A DNA stretch of 63,124 bases, counting the filler. It is 9 parts of 9 records of this genome, joined end to end, with 100 filler letters (N's around TTAATTAATTAA, not from the genome) between each part and the next. Parts side by side here need not be neighbours in the genome. Positions count along the whole stretch, not along the records: positions 50,356 to 56,739 come from SRR31147125_93586; positions 56,840 to 63,124 come from SRR31147125_93627; 7 more parts are not named here. One strand, 5' to 3'. Every line of letters begins with the position of its first letter. Positions within the stretch are counted from its first letter, which is position 1. Position numbers and translations under genes: made by a program. The notes under the pieces were generated by a model, which worked only from the letters and a program-made list of their open reading frames with translations, did not search any database and was not told the origin of the DNA. Of this stretch, positions 52,927 through 63,124 are shown piece by piece.

Positions 52927-54384
52927 TTACTTGTCCAATATATTCTTTTTGCCGCATTTTAGCAGCGATCCGACGTCTTCCGGATATTCGCCATTGAAGC
53001 AGCCGACGCAGAAATTGCACGCCGCGCCTTCGACGGTTTTCAGAAGGTCTTCTATGCTCAGATAGTTGAGCGAATCTGCACCGATCAATCGTCTTATCTC
53101 ATCCACCGAATTTTTCGCACCAATAAGCTGATCGTGCGACGGCGTGTCTATTCCGAAGAAACAAGGAAATTTGATAGGCGGTGAGCTGATCTGCATGTGT
53201 ACTTCTTTCGCGCCTGCCAGTTTCAGCATCTCGACGATGCGTTTGCTCGTCGTGCCGCGAACGATACTGTCGTCGACAAGAATCACACGCTGGCCGCGCA
53301 CATTGCGCTTTAGCGGGTTTAACTTCACGTTAACGCCGCTCTCTCTTTTGCCCTGCGCGGGCTGTATGAACGTGCGTCCGACGTATCGGTTCTTCGCCAG
53401 CGCCTTCTTATACGGAATACCCGACTGCTCTGCATATCCCATCGCTGCCGGGCGTGCAGAATCCGGAACACCTGCAACGATATCAGCGTCAACAGGGTTG
53501 GTGATCGCAAGCATTGCGCCTGCGCGTTCGCGTGCCTTGTGCACCGAGATGCCGTCTATATCAGAATCCGGCCGTGCAAAATACACATACTCGAATATGC
53601 ACAGCGCCGTTTCCATCGCCCGCGGTCCATGATGAGATTTCAGACCATCTTTGTCGACAACGACGATCTCGCCCGGGCGCAAATCGCGAACAAATTCCGC
53701 GCCGATCGTATCAAAGGCGCATGATTCTGACGCGAATACAAAAGTGTCATCTATCTTGCCAAGCGCAAGCGGCCTAATGCCCTTCGGGTCACGAACACCG
53801 ATGATCTTGCCCTCCGTCATGATCACAAGAGCATAGCTGCCTTTGATCACTTCCATCGTTTTTCTTATGGCATCAACGATACACCCGTTGCTGTATTTTG
53901 CAATAAGGCTGGCGATGACTTCTGTGTCGATCGACGTCTGAAATATCGCTCCGTTCTCTTCAAGTTCTGCTCTTAAGATGTTGGCGTTGATTAAATTTCC
54001 GTTGTGCGCTAATGCAATATTGCCCTTTCTCGAACTTATGACGAGCGGCTGTGCATTGGCAAGCTTGCTGTCGCCCGTTGTCGAATAGCGAACATGTCCG
54101 ATTGCCGCCTGCGCACCGTGCAGCCTTGGCAACTCTGTCTTAAACACCTCGGCAACAAGCCCCATGCCCTTGTGGTAATCGATCTTTCCGTCCTTCGCAA
54201 TTGCGATACCGGCGCTTTCCTGTCCTCTGTGCTGAAGTGCAAACAGCCCATAGTAAGCCGCTTCTGCCGGCTCAACACTATTGTCGGCACTCCAGATGCC
54301 AAAAACTCCGCATTCTTCATGCATGCAATCATCAAACGGTTTCATCCTCTGGTACTGCATTGGACAATTTTTACGCAGCGACAT
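52927..54384 (-). CDS. purF: Amidophosphoribosyltransferase
   Basis: EECGVFG propeptide/Cys1, LQHRGQE, GHVRYST and VDDSIVRGTT. Confidence 0.97.
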   Translation of the reverse strand: MSLRKNCPMQYQRMKPFDDCMHEECGVFGIWSADNSVEPAEAAYYGLFALQHRGQESAGIAIAKDGKIDYHKGMGLVAEVFKTELPRLHGAQAAIGHVRYSTTGDSKLANAQPLVISSRKGNIALAHNGNLINANILRAELEENGAIFQTSIDTEVIASLIAKYSNGCIVDAIRKTMEVIKGSYALVIMTEGKIIGVRDPKGIRPLALGKIDDTFVFASESCAFDTIGAEFVRDLRPGEIVVVDKDGLKSHHGPRAMETALCIFEYVYFARPDSDIDGISVHKARERAGAMLAITNPVDADIVAGVPDSARPAAMGYAEQSGIPYKKALAKNRYVGRTFIQPAQGKRESGVNVKLNPLKRNVRGQRVILVDDSIVRGTTSKRIVEMLKLAGAKEVHMQISSPPIKFPCFFGIDTPSHDQLIGAKNSVDEIRRLIGADSLNYLSIEDLLKTVEGAACNFCVGCFNGEYPEDVGSLLKCGKKNILDK

Positions 54385-54385
54385 A

Positions 54386-55093
54386 TTACTCTCCCATCAA
54401 GCGTTTGATAATCTCTTTGTATGCCTCTTCAACATCACCAAGGTCTCTGCGGAAACGGTCTTTGTCGAGCTTTTTACCCGTCTTAATATCCCAGAACCGG
54501 CATGTGTCCGGCGATATCTCGTCAGCGAGTATGATCTCTCCCTTATGTCTTCCAAACTCGAGCTTAAAGTCTATCAGCTCAACACCAACCTCTTTGAGAT
54601 ATCCTTTTAGAAGTTCGTTGATTCTGAACGAGTATGTGTTAATTTTCTCCATCTCCTCGTCTGTTGCAAGCCCAAGCGCACGTACATAATAATCGTTGAT
54701 GAACGGATCGCCAAGGTCGTCGTTTTTATAGCTGTATTCTAGGATAGTGCACAAAAGCTCCGTGCCTTCCGCAATACCGATGCGCTTGCTAAAGCTGCCC
54801 GCCGCTTTGTTGCGTATTATGACTTCAACAGGCACGATATCCACCTTTTTGACGACAGTCTCTCTATCCGACAATTGCTCGACGTAGTGCGTGGGTATGC
54901 CGCTCTTTTCCAGCAACCTAAAGAAGTGATTGGAAACCTTGTTGTTTACGACACCTTTGCCGACGATTGTTCCCTTTTTCTGTCCGTTGAACGCCGTCGC
55001 GTCATCCTTATAATCAACGATGACATGATCCTCGTTTTCTGTTAAATATACTTTTTTTGCTTTCCCCTCATAGATCTGTTCTAATTTTTTCAT
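54386..55093 (-). CDS. purC: SAICAR synthase
   Basis: [26 protein letters not shown] and DKDRFR. Confidence 0.97.
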   Translation of the reverse strand: MKKLEQIYEGKAKKVYLTENEDHVIVDYKDDATAFNGQKKGTIVGKGVVNNKVSNHFFRLLEKSGIPTHYVEQLSDRETVVKKVDIVPVEVIIRNKAAGSFSKRIGIAEGTELLCTILEYSYKNDDLGDPFINDYYVRALGLATDEEMEKINTYSFRINELLKGYLKEVGVELIDFKLEFGRHKGEIILADEISPDTCRFWDIKTGKKLDKDRFRRDLGDVEEAYKEIIKRLMGE

Positions 55094-55097
55094 CAGA

Positions 55098-55583
55098 TTA
55101 CAACTCCTTTTGAAGATTTTTGTCCGCTTCAACAACTTTTTTTGCCATATTCTTTTTATAATCAACTAATTTTTGTACAAGCACTTCATATTTGAGCGAC
55201 ATGATCTGAACCGCAAGCAGCGCGGCATTCTCTCCGCCGTTGATCGCGACCGTCGCAACTGGAATGCCAGACGGCATCTGTACTGTGGACAGAAGTGAAT
55301 CCAGCCCGTCCATCGTTGATGATTTTATGGGCAGCCCGATAACCGGCCGCACCGTATATGCCGCGATAACGCCCGCAAGATGTGCCGCCTTGCCTGCCGC
55401 CGCGATGATAACGTCGATGCCGTTATCTTTTGCAGACGCTGCAAATTCATGCGCCTCATCCGGCGTTCTGTGCGCACTCATAATATGCACTTCAACTGTG
55501 ATTCCAAACGCTTTTAGCGTATCTATCGTCTTTTCCAGCACAGGAAAATCCGACATAGATCCCATAATGACTGCTGCTTTCAT
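55098..55583 (-). CDS. purE: N5-CAIR mutase
   Basis: IMGSMSD, SAHRTP, AGKAAHL and [14 protein letters not shown]. Confidence 0.97.
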   Translation of the reverse strand: MKAAVIMGSMSDFPVLEKTIDTLKAFGITVEVHIMSAHRTPDEAHEFAASAKDNGIDVIIAAAGKAAHLAGVIAAYTVRPVIGLPIKSSTMDGLDSLLSTVQMPSGIPVATVAINGGENAALLAVQIMSLKYEVLVQKLVDYKKNMAKKVVEADKNLQKEL

Positions 55584-55638
55584 TGAATACTCCTTTGTAT
55601 ATGTAGTATATCTTATTTTTGCACGCTACAACATAAAC

Positions 55639-55668
55639 AGTCTACTTGACAACAATGGCCTCTGTCAA
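55639..55668 (-). promoter_or_regulatory. Sigma-A promoter of the pur operon
   Basis: TTGACA-18 nt-TAGACT on the minus strand. Confidence 0.7.
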
Positions 55669-55701
55669 CGCAATCAGCATACTTTTATCCGCATAATATA
55701 A

Positions 55702-55729
55702 AAAACGTTCGTGTTTTACCGAACGTTTT
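55702..55729. promoter_or_regulatory. Inverted CGAAC boxes (PurR-box-like), also able to fold as a terminator hairpin
   Basis: AAAACGTTCG-N8-CGAACGTTTT, about 35 nt upstream of the pur -35. The minus strand reads AAAACACGAAC. Confidence 0.6.
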
Positions 55730-55742
55730 ATTATCTAAATTC

Positions 55743-56654
55743 TTACTCCCACTCGCTCTCTGAAAGCGCTTCTTAAACAATTCTGTTTAAAGAATATGGC
55801 TCGTGGTATTTGTATTGCATCAGTTATCCATATCTTTTTAGCTATCTGATTTTTTATTGCCAGATTGTTGCCGGATATAACTGCGCTTATTATATATTCT
55901 TTAAATTAAAACATTATCCTCTCAAACTCATAACTTCCTGAAATTGATACTGCTCAACCATAACTCTTTATCCACGTCCTTTCTTATATCTGATAAAAAG
56001 CGATTAGTACCACATCATATCTAATCAGTATCTTCTCCATTTAATTGATTCAGATAGATGTCATATATTCCATTTTCCTCACGAAAAAAGTCCTTAGCCT
56101 TATTATTTAGTAAAAAGCAGAATTTATCAATATATGTCTCTTTTTCATCTGCAAATTCAGTACTATACATTAACTGAAAGACCTCATCAACATCCAACAT
56201 ACACTGTTCAAAATCAATTTCGTCATATCGTTCGTCTGCGTATTTATCCGCAAGTACAAACGTATATTGTTTTAGAGCTTTAAGAAAATTTTCAACTTCA
56301 TCTCGTTGAAATAATAAATTTTCCTTTTCTAAAAAATAATATAATTGAATAGTATTCGCAACTTGATTCATAATGCTATTTAAATGTTTAAATTGTTCAC
56401 TCTGGTTTTCACCATTTTTGATACTACGGACGTAGTCATAGCAGTAGCTGGATATATTAAATTTATTTCCAAACCTAAGATTGATTGAGTTGATCGTATC
56501 TTGATATTTATAATACTCAACCCCAAAAATACCGTTGTAGTTAAGAGTATTATACAAATCAGTATTAGTATTAATTTTGTATTCTTTTTAAATAAATCTA
56601 TCATACAATCTTCTCACCTTTTTAATTCTCCACCATCCAAATCATTCCCACTCG
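55743..56654. mobile_element. About 0.9-kb AT-rich integrase-less island inserted in the guaA 3' end
   Basis: Direct repeat CGAGTGGGA (minus strand) at 56654-56646 and 55755-55747, each reading E-W-E-stop. Visible drop in GC between them. Confidence 0.7.
56021..56604 (-). CDS. Membrane-anchored hypothetical protein (island cargo), frameshift near 56525
   Basis: AGGTGA RBS, N-terminal TM helix in ORF 56380-56604, acidic helical body in ORF 56021-56557. Confidence 0.6.
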
Positions 56655-56739
56655 ATCGTGGCTGGCGGCTTACTCGTTATGTCGTATACAATCCTGTTTA
56701 CATGCGGCACCTCGTTGATGATGCGCGACGATATCTTTT
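56642..56739 (-). CDS. guaA: GMP synthase, C-terminal fragment
   Basis: Translates [31 protein letters not shown]. Not in the supplied ORF track. Confidence 0.96.
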
Positions 56740-56839
56740 NNNNNNNNNNNNNNNNNNNNNNNNNNNNNNNNNNNNNNNNNNNNTTAATTAATTAANNNNN
56801 NNNNNNNNNNNNNNNNNNNNNNNNNNNNNNNNNNNNNNN
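56740..56839. other. Artificial contig linker
   Basis: N44-TTAATTAATTAA-N44. Confidence 0.99.
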
Positions 56840-58563
56840 TGCCAATTCCTCCATGGATAGCTGCGAAGCGACGATCTCCTGATACGTATCGCAGTTTGCC
56901 ATTAGTTCTTTATGTTTGCCGTAGCCGACCATCTTGCCGTCGTCCAGCACGATGATATGGTCTGCATTCATGACTGTGCTGACGCGCTGTGCAACGATAA
57001 ATATAGCGGCATCTTTCGTCGTTTCTCTCAGAGCCACGCGGAGTTTCGCGTCCGTTTTGAAATCGAGTGCCGAAAAGCTATCGTCGAATATATAGACTTC
57101 GGGATTTCTGACCAATGCGCGCGCGATGGATAGGCGCTGCTTTTGACCACCTGAATAGTTTGTGCCGCCTTGTGCCACCTCCGCTTCGATGCCTGCATCC
57201 AGTTCGGAGACGAATTCGCTTGCCTGCGCCGTATCAAGCGCTGCATGAACCTCTTCGTCGGATGCGTTTGAGTCACCATAGCGAATGTTATCGGCGATGG
57301 TGCCGCTCATAAGGTTGACTTTCTGCGGAACAAAGCCGATCTTTTCTCTGAGCGCTTGCTGCGGGTAGTCGCGCACGTCCACGCCGTCGACAAGCACTTG
57401 ACCCTCGCAAACGTCGTAGAATCGTGGGATTAGTTTGATGAGAGTTGATTTTCCACTGCCTGTGCCGCCGATGATCGCGGTGACTTCGCCCGGCTTTGCC
57501 ACGAGTGAAATGTTACTGATCGCAGGCTCAGAAGCGCCGGCGTATGAGAATGATACGTTTTTGAACTCGACCGTGCCGTGCTGTTTTGTTTCGGGTGCAG
57601 CATCTGTCTTGTCCGTAATGGTGGGTTCCATCGCAAAAATCTCGTTGATACGTTCGGCGGCCGCTGCCGCGCGGGGCAGCATGACAAACATCATTGTTGC
57701 CATGATAAGTGAAAACATGATAAGCATTACGTATTGCTGAAAAGCCATTAAGTTGCCCACCTGCATTTCTCCGGCGTCAATTCGCAAGCCGCCAAACCAG
57801 ATGACCGCAACGGTAGCGAGGTTGAGCGCAAGCATAACCATCGGGAACAACAAGCTCATCCAGCGGTGTGCTTTAATGGACGTATCTGTGAGGTCGACAT
57901 TGACTTCATCAAAGCGTTTGGTTTCGTGTTCCGTTTTGTTGAAAGCACGGATGACACGCATACCGGTTAGCCCTTCCCGCATGACGCGGTTGACGTTGTC
58001 GACCTTTTGTTGTATCGACTTGAACAGTGGCAGTGCCTTGGTACCGATCAAGATGATGAACAGCATTATCGAAGAGACCGACGCGACGATGACCCAAGAA
58101 AGCTTGGCGTTCATTTGCAGCGCCATGACGAGACCGCCGATCGCTGTAATAGGTGCGGCGAGCATCATTGAGAGAACCATGACCATCACGTTTTGAATTT
58201 GGGTGACATCGTTGGTTGAACGCGTTGAGAGCGAGGCGGTGCCGATTCTATCAGACTCGCTGCCTGAAAAGCTTTCGACTTTTTAAAGATGTCTTGACGC
58301 AGGTCGCGCGCAAAACCGACTGCTGCTTTGGATGCAAACAGCCGCACTACGACGGTGCAAATTGAAACAATCAGTGTAAAGCCGAGCATCACAAGGCCGG
58401 TTTGGATAATAAAGTTCATGTCACGGCTGACGACGCCTTTGTCGACAATGTCACTCATTAAGTTGGGCAGATAGAGTTCGCTAATCGCTTGTACCGTGAT
58501 AAGCAGTATAACCACCAGTGTATGACATTTGTACGGTCGTAAATATCTAAGTAGTTTTTTCAT
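56840..58563 (-). CDS. Multidrug-type ABC exporter (TMD+NBD), frameshift near 58285
   Basis: ELYLPNLMSDIVDKG, GGTGSGKST, degenerate YSGGQKQRL and FDDSFSALD (non-canonical subunit of a heterodimer). Confidence 0.92.
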
Positions 58564-58592
58564 AAGCGTTCCTTTCTTTTTCGTATAATTTA

Positions 58593-59159
58593 TTAATTAT
58601 TGCGTAGAGCAATTGTAATCTTTTCGACCATCCACTCAAAGTATTCGTGGTCAATCTCCGGCTCCTCTACAAAAAACGCGATATGCATAAAGCCAGAGAT
58701 ATTGGTCATGAAAAAATGCATCGCCATTTCGGGGGGAGCATTCAACTTGCCAAGCTGCTGCATCTTCGTAAAATACTTGAGCAGCTTGTTTCTTTCGTTG
58801 TGCTCACGGTCTTTCATACGGATTTTGGATTTTGTTTTCTGCATTTTGTCTTTGAAAATCATTTTTAACAGTGGCAGATTTTGTTGATACGATTCCAACA
58901 GTTTTTCTGCCATCATTTTTAAGTCCACCTCAAGATCGTATGTTGCTTCATTTTCAAGATAGGCTTCCAGCTTATACGGGTGCATACAGCTATGTATGGT
59001 TTGCTCAAACAGGTTGCGCTTCGTTTCAAAGTGGCGAAACAACGTTACTTCGCTGACGCCTGCATGTTCGGCAATTTCACGCGTGGTTGTGGCGGTAAAA
59101 CCGTTTTGTTCGAACAGGTCTTTCGCTGCGGTCATAATTTTTTCTTTCGTGTGATGCAT
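58593..59159 (-). CDS. TetR/AcrR transcriptional regulator
   Basis: TKEKIMTAAKDLFEQNGFTATTTREIAEHAGVSEVTLFRHFETK. Confidence 0.95.
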   Translation of the reverse strand: MHHTKEKIMTAAKDLFEQNGFTATTTREIAEHAGVSEVTLFRHFETKRNLFEQTIHSCMHPYKLEAYLENEATYDLEVDLKMMAEKLLESYQQNLPLLKMIFKDKMQKTKSKIRMKDREHNERNKLLKYFTKMQQLGKLNAPPEMAMHFFMTNISGFMHIAFFVEEPEIDHEYFEWMVEKITIALRNN

Positions 59160-59178
59160 TATAAACTCCAAAGAATGT

Positions 59179-59223
59179 ATGTAAGTGCTTACTTACATTA
59201 ATCGAAAAGCCGCATAAAGTCAA
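59179..59223 (-). promoter_or_regulatory. tetR promoter with overlapping palindromic operator
   Basis: TTGACT-17 nt-TAATGT. The perfect inverted repeat ATGTAAGT-N4-ACTTACAT (59179-59198) overlaps the -10. Confidence 0.7.
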
Positions 59224-59349
59224 CTGTTTTTTTATATCGTCAAAAAAAATTAATAATTGTGTTACGTCGCGTTTGTTGCGGCGCGTATACCTTCGTTTTA
59301 TAATAATAAAAGGACACGCATACAATAGAGTTAAAAATGGAGGAGTAAG

Positions 59350-60036
59350 ATGTACTACCCTTTTTATTTGGATTGGACGATGCTGCTAATCATCCTGGGC
59401 TTGATTATATCCATTTGGGCACAGTCGAAAATATCGCGCGCGTACAACACGTATTCGAAGATACCGGTAATGAGCGGCATTTCGGGTGCGGAAGTAGCGC
59501 GGCGTATGTTATACGCGAGAGGTATGGAGGACGTGCAAATCATCGCGACGCATGGGAAATTAACGGACAACTATAACCCGCGCAAACGCATAGTGAACCT
59601 AAGTCAGAGCAACTATTCGGGTAGCTCCATCGCGGCGGTTGCGGTGGCGGCGCATGAAACGGGGCACGCTATTCAGCATAACGAAAACTATTTTCCGTTG
59701 ACGCTTCGGAGTGTAATGGCACCGGTGGTGAGCGTGGCATCGTATCTGTTGTGGCCGATACTCATCCTTGGGTTTCTTGCCGAGATCGCCGGCATCATCA
59801 ATATCGCGGTATATATCTTTATCGGCATATTTATGTTCCAACTGGTAACGCTGCCCGTTGAGTTTAACGCGAGCCGCCGTGCGCTGGCAGAGCTTAAAGG
59901 ACAGGGTGTTTTAGCAGAGGAAGAGCTTTACGGCGCGCAGAAAATGCTGCGGGCGGCAGCGTTAACGTATGTGGCGGCGACGCTTGTGGCGCTGCTCAAT
60001 GTCGTTCGTTTTATGGCACTTGCGCGTCGTCGGTAG
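59350..60036 (+). CDS. YugP-like neutral zinc metallopeptidase
   Basis: GGAGGAG RBS, SGAEVAR, AAHETGHAIQH, TLPVEFNASRRA and AAALTYVAA. Confidence 0.92.
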   Translation: MYYPFYLDWTMLLIILGLIISIWAQSKISRAYNTYSKIPVMSGISGAEVARRMLYARGMEDVQIIATHGKLTDNYNPRKRIVNLSQSNYSGSSIAAVAVAAHETGHAIQHNENYFPLTLRSVMAPVVSVASYLLWPILILGFLAEIAGIINIAVYIFIGIFMFQLVTLPVEFNASRRALAELKGQGVLAEEELYGAQKMLRAAALTYVAATLVALLNVVRFMALARRR

Positions 60037-60223
60037 GCATACATGGATTGCAAGGGGGATGCTTTTGGATTGCGTTTTAAGCAATTTTAGCGGATTCTCT
60101 TGTCAGTGATAGCGCGGACTATTATAATGTATAATTGAGTTGTCAAATACAACTCGATTTTAAGTCGATAAATCTGTGGAGAGACCGCAATACAATATAT
60201 AACTGATTTACAGGAGGGAATGT

Positions 60224-62203
60224 ATGAAAAATGTGGAGAAGCTGACCGTAAACACGATACGTGTTTTGTCGGCAGAGGGCGTGCAAAAAGCGAACAGCGG
60301 GCATCCGGGGCTGCCGATCGGTGCGGCGCCGATGGCATATACGCTGTGGAACAAACACTTAAAGCACAACCCGAAAAATCCGAAATGGGCAGATAGAGAC
60401 CGCTTTGTGCTCTCGGCAGGGCATGGATCAATGTTGATCTATTCACTACTGCATCTTTTTGGATATGATGTTACGATGGACGATTTGAAGGATTTTCGCC
60501 AACTGCATAGCAAGACGCCGGGGCATCCGGAAGTATACGATGTCCCAGGCGTGGAGACGACGACCGGCCCGCTTGGGCAGGGCATTGTCAACGCGGTAGG
60601 TATGGCGATGGCAGAGGCGCACCTTGCGGCGATGTTCAACAAACCGGGATATGACGTGGTTGATCACTATACATACGCGTTGACGGGCGACGGTTGCTTG
60701 ATGGAAGGCGTATCTAGCGAAGCGTGTTCTTTGGCGGGAACGCTTAAGCTCGGCAAGCTGGTTTTGCTATATGACAGCAACAAGATTACGATTGAGGGCG
60801 AAACGGATATCGCTTTTGAAGAAGATGTGGCGAAGCGCTACGAAGCATACGGTTGGCAGGTGCTAGCTGTAGAAGACGGCAACGAAGACCTAGACAGCAT
60901 CGATAAAGCGATTGCGCAGGCAAAGGCGGAGACGGAGAAACCGTCGATCATCATTATTAAAACACAGATTGGCTACGGAAGCCCGAAAGAGGGCGACGCA
61001 GGTTGCCACGGTGCACCGCTCGGAGATGACAACATTGCGGCGATGAAGGCAAAACTCGGCTGGGAATATGAAGGCAGTTTCGTTGTTCCCGAAGAGGTTT
61101 CTGCAGCGATGGTCGAAAAACAGAAGGAATATGATGCAGCGGAAGCAGCGTGGAATAATATGTTCGAAGAGTACCGAGGTAAGTTTGCAGACATGGCGGC
61201 GCTTTGGGACAAGTGCTTTGGCGATGTTGACGAAAGCATCTTAAACGATGCATCACTGTACGAGTTTGATAAGGGCATGGCGACAAGAAACGCATCCAAC
61301 ATTGTATTGAATAAGCTGGCGGATAAGCTGCCGAACCTGTTTGGCGGCAGTGCGGACTTGGCTCCGGCGAACAAATCCGTAATGAGCGGAAAAGACTACT
61401 TTGCTCCGGATTGCAGAGAAGGTGCCAATATTCACTACGGTGTGCGTGAATTCGCAATGGCGGCAATCGCCAACGGTATGGTACTGCACGGCGGCATCAT
61501 CCCATATGTAGCTACATTCTTTGTATTTACCGATTACTTGAAGAATGCGGTTAGAATGTCTGCACTCATGAAACAGCGCGTGATCTATATCATGACGCAC
61601 GACAGCATTGGTGTTGGTGAAGACGGCCCGACGCATCAGCCGATCGAGCAGCTTGCATGCATGAGAGCAACGCCCAACACGTACATGTGGCGTCCGGCAG
61701 ACGGCAAAGAAGTAGCAGCGGCGTATATATCCGCGCTTTCGGTAGACGCACCGACGCTGATCGCGCTCTCGAGGCAGAACCTGCCGCTCTATGAAGAGAC
61801 GGGTGAAGCGGCACTCAAGGGCGCATATGTGATGAAGGACTTTGGAGAGACACCCGAAATCATACTTATTGGCACAGGCAGCGAAGTGGAACTGTGTATG
61901 AACGCGGCGGAGGAGCTTAGCAAAGAGGGCGTTAGCGCGCGTGTGGTTTCTATGCCGTGCATGGAGCTGTTTGAAGCGCAGAGCGACGAGTACAAAGAGA
62001 GAGTACTGCCGAAAAGTGTTACAAAGCGTCTCGCGATCGAAGCAGGTTCACCGTTCGGTTGGGAGCGTTATGTTGGCTTGGACGGCGATGTGATCGGTAT
62101 GGAAACGTTCGGTACATCCGCACCTGCCGGCAAGGTATTTGAAGAATTCGGCTTTACGACAGATAACGCAGTTGCGAAAGCAAAGGCGGTACTCGCAAAG
62201 TAA
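60224..62203 (+). CDS. tkt: Transketolase
   Basis: [27 protein letters not shown] and [16 protein letters not shown]. Confidence 0.98.
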   Translation: MKNVEKLTVNTIRVLSAEGVQKANSGHPGLPIGAAPMAYTLWNKHLKHNPKNPKWADRDRFVLSAGHGSMLIYSLLHLFGYDVTMDDLKDFRQLHSKTPGHPEVYDVPGVETTTGPLGQGIVNAVGMAMAEAHLAAMFNKPGYDVVDHYTYALTGDGCLMEGVSSEACSLAGTLKLGKLVLLYDSNKITIEGETDIAFEEDVAKRYEAYGWQVLAVEDGNEDLDSIDKAIAQAKAETEKPSIIIIKTQIGYGSPKEGDAGCHGAPLGDDNIAAMKAKLGWEYEGSFVVPEEVSAAMVEKQKEYDAAEAAWNNMFEEYRGKFADMAALWDKCFGDVDESILNDASLYEFDKGMATRNASNIVLNKLADKLPNLFGGSADLAPANKSVMSGKDYFAPDCREGANIHYGVREFAMAAIANGMVLHGGIIPYVATFFVFTDYLKNAVRMSALMKQRVIYIMTHDSIGVGEDGPTHQPIEQLACMRATPNTYMWRPADGKEVAAAYISALSVDAPTLIALSRQNLPLYEETGEAALKGAYVMKDFGETPEIILIGTGSEVELCMNAAEELSKEGVSARVVSMPCMELFEAQSDEYKERVLPKSVTKRLAIEAGSPFGWERYVGLDGDVIGMETFGTSAPAGKVFEEFGFTTDNAVAKAKAVLAK

Positions 62204-62223
62204 GATAATACATCAAGCAATAC

Positions 62224-62257
62224 AAAGAGCGCTGGCGGATATGTCGGCGCTCTTTTT
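62224..62257. terminator. Intrinsic terminator after tkt, probably bidirectional
   Basis: AAAGAGCGC...GCGCTCTTTTT between convergent genes. Confidence 0.85.
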
Positions 62258-62275
62258 GTGTGCTCAGAAGCATAT

Positions 62276-62629
62276 CTAAGCCAAAATCGCAGCATATAGA
62301 CCAACATATACGACGTGCAGCAGAATCACCGCCGAATAGATCAACAAAACTGCGTCCACATAAGTATTCATACGTCGCCGTTGATTATGCGTAGCGTTGC
62401 GAAGCAGCACGGCAACTAGGCTAATACACAGCGCCGGCAAAACGAGCTTGAACAGCGTGAGCTCCAGTGGACTGCGAAGATATGTACGAACGAGCGGGTT
62501 GGTTTCTGCAAAATGTCCGGTGTTAATGAGAAATAGTGTAAACATCAAATCGAGCACGTTGAGGGCATAGAGCATCACCAGCTTGTTGCGGATATCGATA
62601 TCTGTATGGCTTTTGAGCAGCTGAATCAT
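62276..62629 (-). CDS. DUF5658-like small membrane protein
   Basis: LYALNVLDLMFT...GHFAETNPLV...FKLV. GGAG RBS. Confidence 0.7.
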   Translation of the reverse strand: MIQLLKSHTDIDIRNKLVMLYALNVLDLMFTLFLINTGHFAETNPLVRTYLRSPLELTLFKLVLPALCISLVAVLLRNATHNQRRRMNTYVDAVLLIYSAVILLHVVYVGLYAAILA

Positions 62630-62829
62630 ATCACATCTCCAATAGTTGAAAGCATTGCTATAGTATATGATGTCCATATGCAATACTTTCCATACGTGAG
62701 ACGGATACGGTATGATTAGGCATAGTTAATAGAAAGTCGGAGAAAAAGAGAAAATATTTTGTTAATTAAAGTGAGTAGTGGTTCATAGTATTTTTGAACA
62801 TAACACTCATTTATATATGTAGAATAAGC

Positions 62830-63124
62830 TTAGTTTTCTTCACATTTATAGAAACTTTTTATTAACAAAATTCCAGAAACAACACTCAATATATTCTGTA
62901 CTTTTGATGTATGGATGAGCGGAGCCAGTAACATATTGATTCCCACGCCACCCTGAGGAAATGGCAAGCATAAACCTGCAAGCCACAAATAATACAGACG
63001 TCCTGCACTTATTAATAGTAAAACAAGCGACGGAATTAGAAGCAAATTTAATTTGAACTTGACCTTTTTAGTAATGAGGTTTTCTACCGCGCGCCATTGT
63101 ATTAGTATGCCGAACGCAAAGCAA
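62830..63124 (-). CDS. 3' part of a hydrophobic membrane protein, probably with indels
   Basis: Hydrophobic 71-aa ORF at the window edge with no recognisable motif. Confidence 0.35.
   Translation of the reverse strand, partial: CFAFGILIQWRAVENLITKKVKFKLNLLLIPSLVLLLISAGRLYYLWLAGLCLPFPQGGVGINMLLAPLIHTSKVQNILSVVSGILLIKSFYKCEEN

Noticed and set aside
5418-56839. Recurrent TTAATTAATTAA motif as a biological repeat, and any operon spanning it
   Set aside because: Always embedded in 44+44 Ns. It is an artificial six-frame-stop contig spacer.

Overview
This window is not one genome. It is nine unrelated, metagenome-style contigs joined by eight artificial 100-nt linkers (44 N + TTAATTAATTAA + 44 N), so nothing should be interpreted across a linker. 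Taxonomic assignments below are inferred from gene style only. (1) 1-5417, unassigned bacterium: secreted hypothetical protein, a candidate C-rich sRNA, and a surface-glycan locus (flippase, methyltransferase, sulfotransferase, GNAT/FemAB-like). (2) 5518-11728, probably a spirochaete: PfkB kinase plus an RND tripartite pump with a hairpin-less adaptor. (3) 11829-18750, Desulfuromonadales-like: TolC-MFP-RND, aspC and a partial tRNA-Gln. (4) 18851-24834, intron-rich compact eukaryote: GNPTAB-like Stealth gene convergent with an ankyrin-repeat gene. (5) 24935-31399, Desulfobacterales-like: MCP, ilvA, a sensor with a Cys-rich tail, two small Cys-rich proteins and a multi-HTH protein. (6) 31500-40747, Bacteroidota: three sulfatases and two DUF5703-like glycosidases. 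(7) 40848-50255, Desulfuromonadales-like: ferritin-like protein, arylesterase, JAB-DinG fusion, a DUF3179 gene with an in-frame UGA and SECIS-like hairpin (probable selenoprotein), endonuclease III-like, elyC, and ileS with a structured leader. (8) 50356-56739, Clostridia: purECFMNH downstream of guaA, with a 0.9-kb integrase-less island at the guaA 3' end. (9) 56840-63124, Clostridia: TetR, ABC exporter, YugP-like peptidase and tkt. About a dozen genes carry small frameshifts, mostly in homopolymers, and these are most likely sequencing errors. No CRISPR array, rRNA or intact transposase/integrase was seen. The best leads are the DUF3179 selenoprotein, the GGA-loop cruciform in the ileS leader, the C-rich sRNA, the guaA mini-island, and the Cys-rich/multi-HTH cluster.
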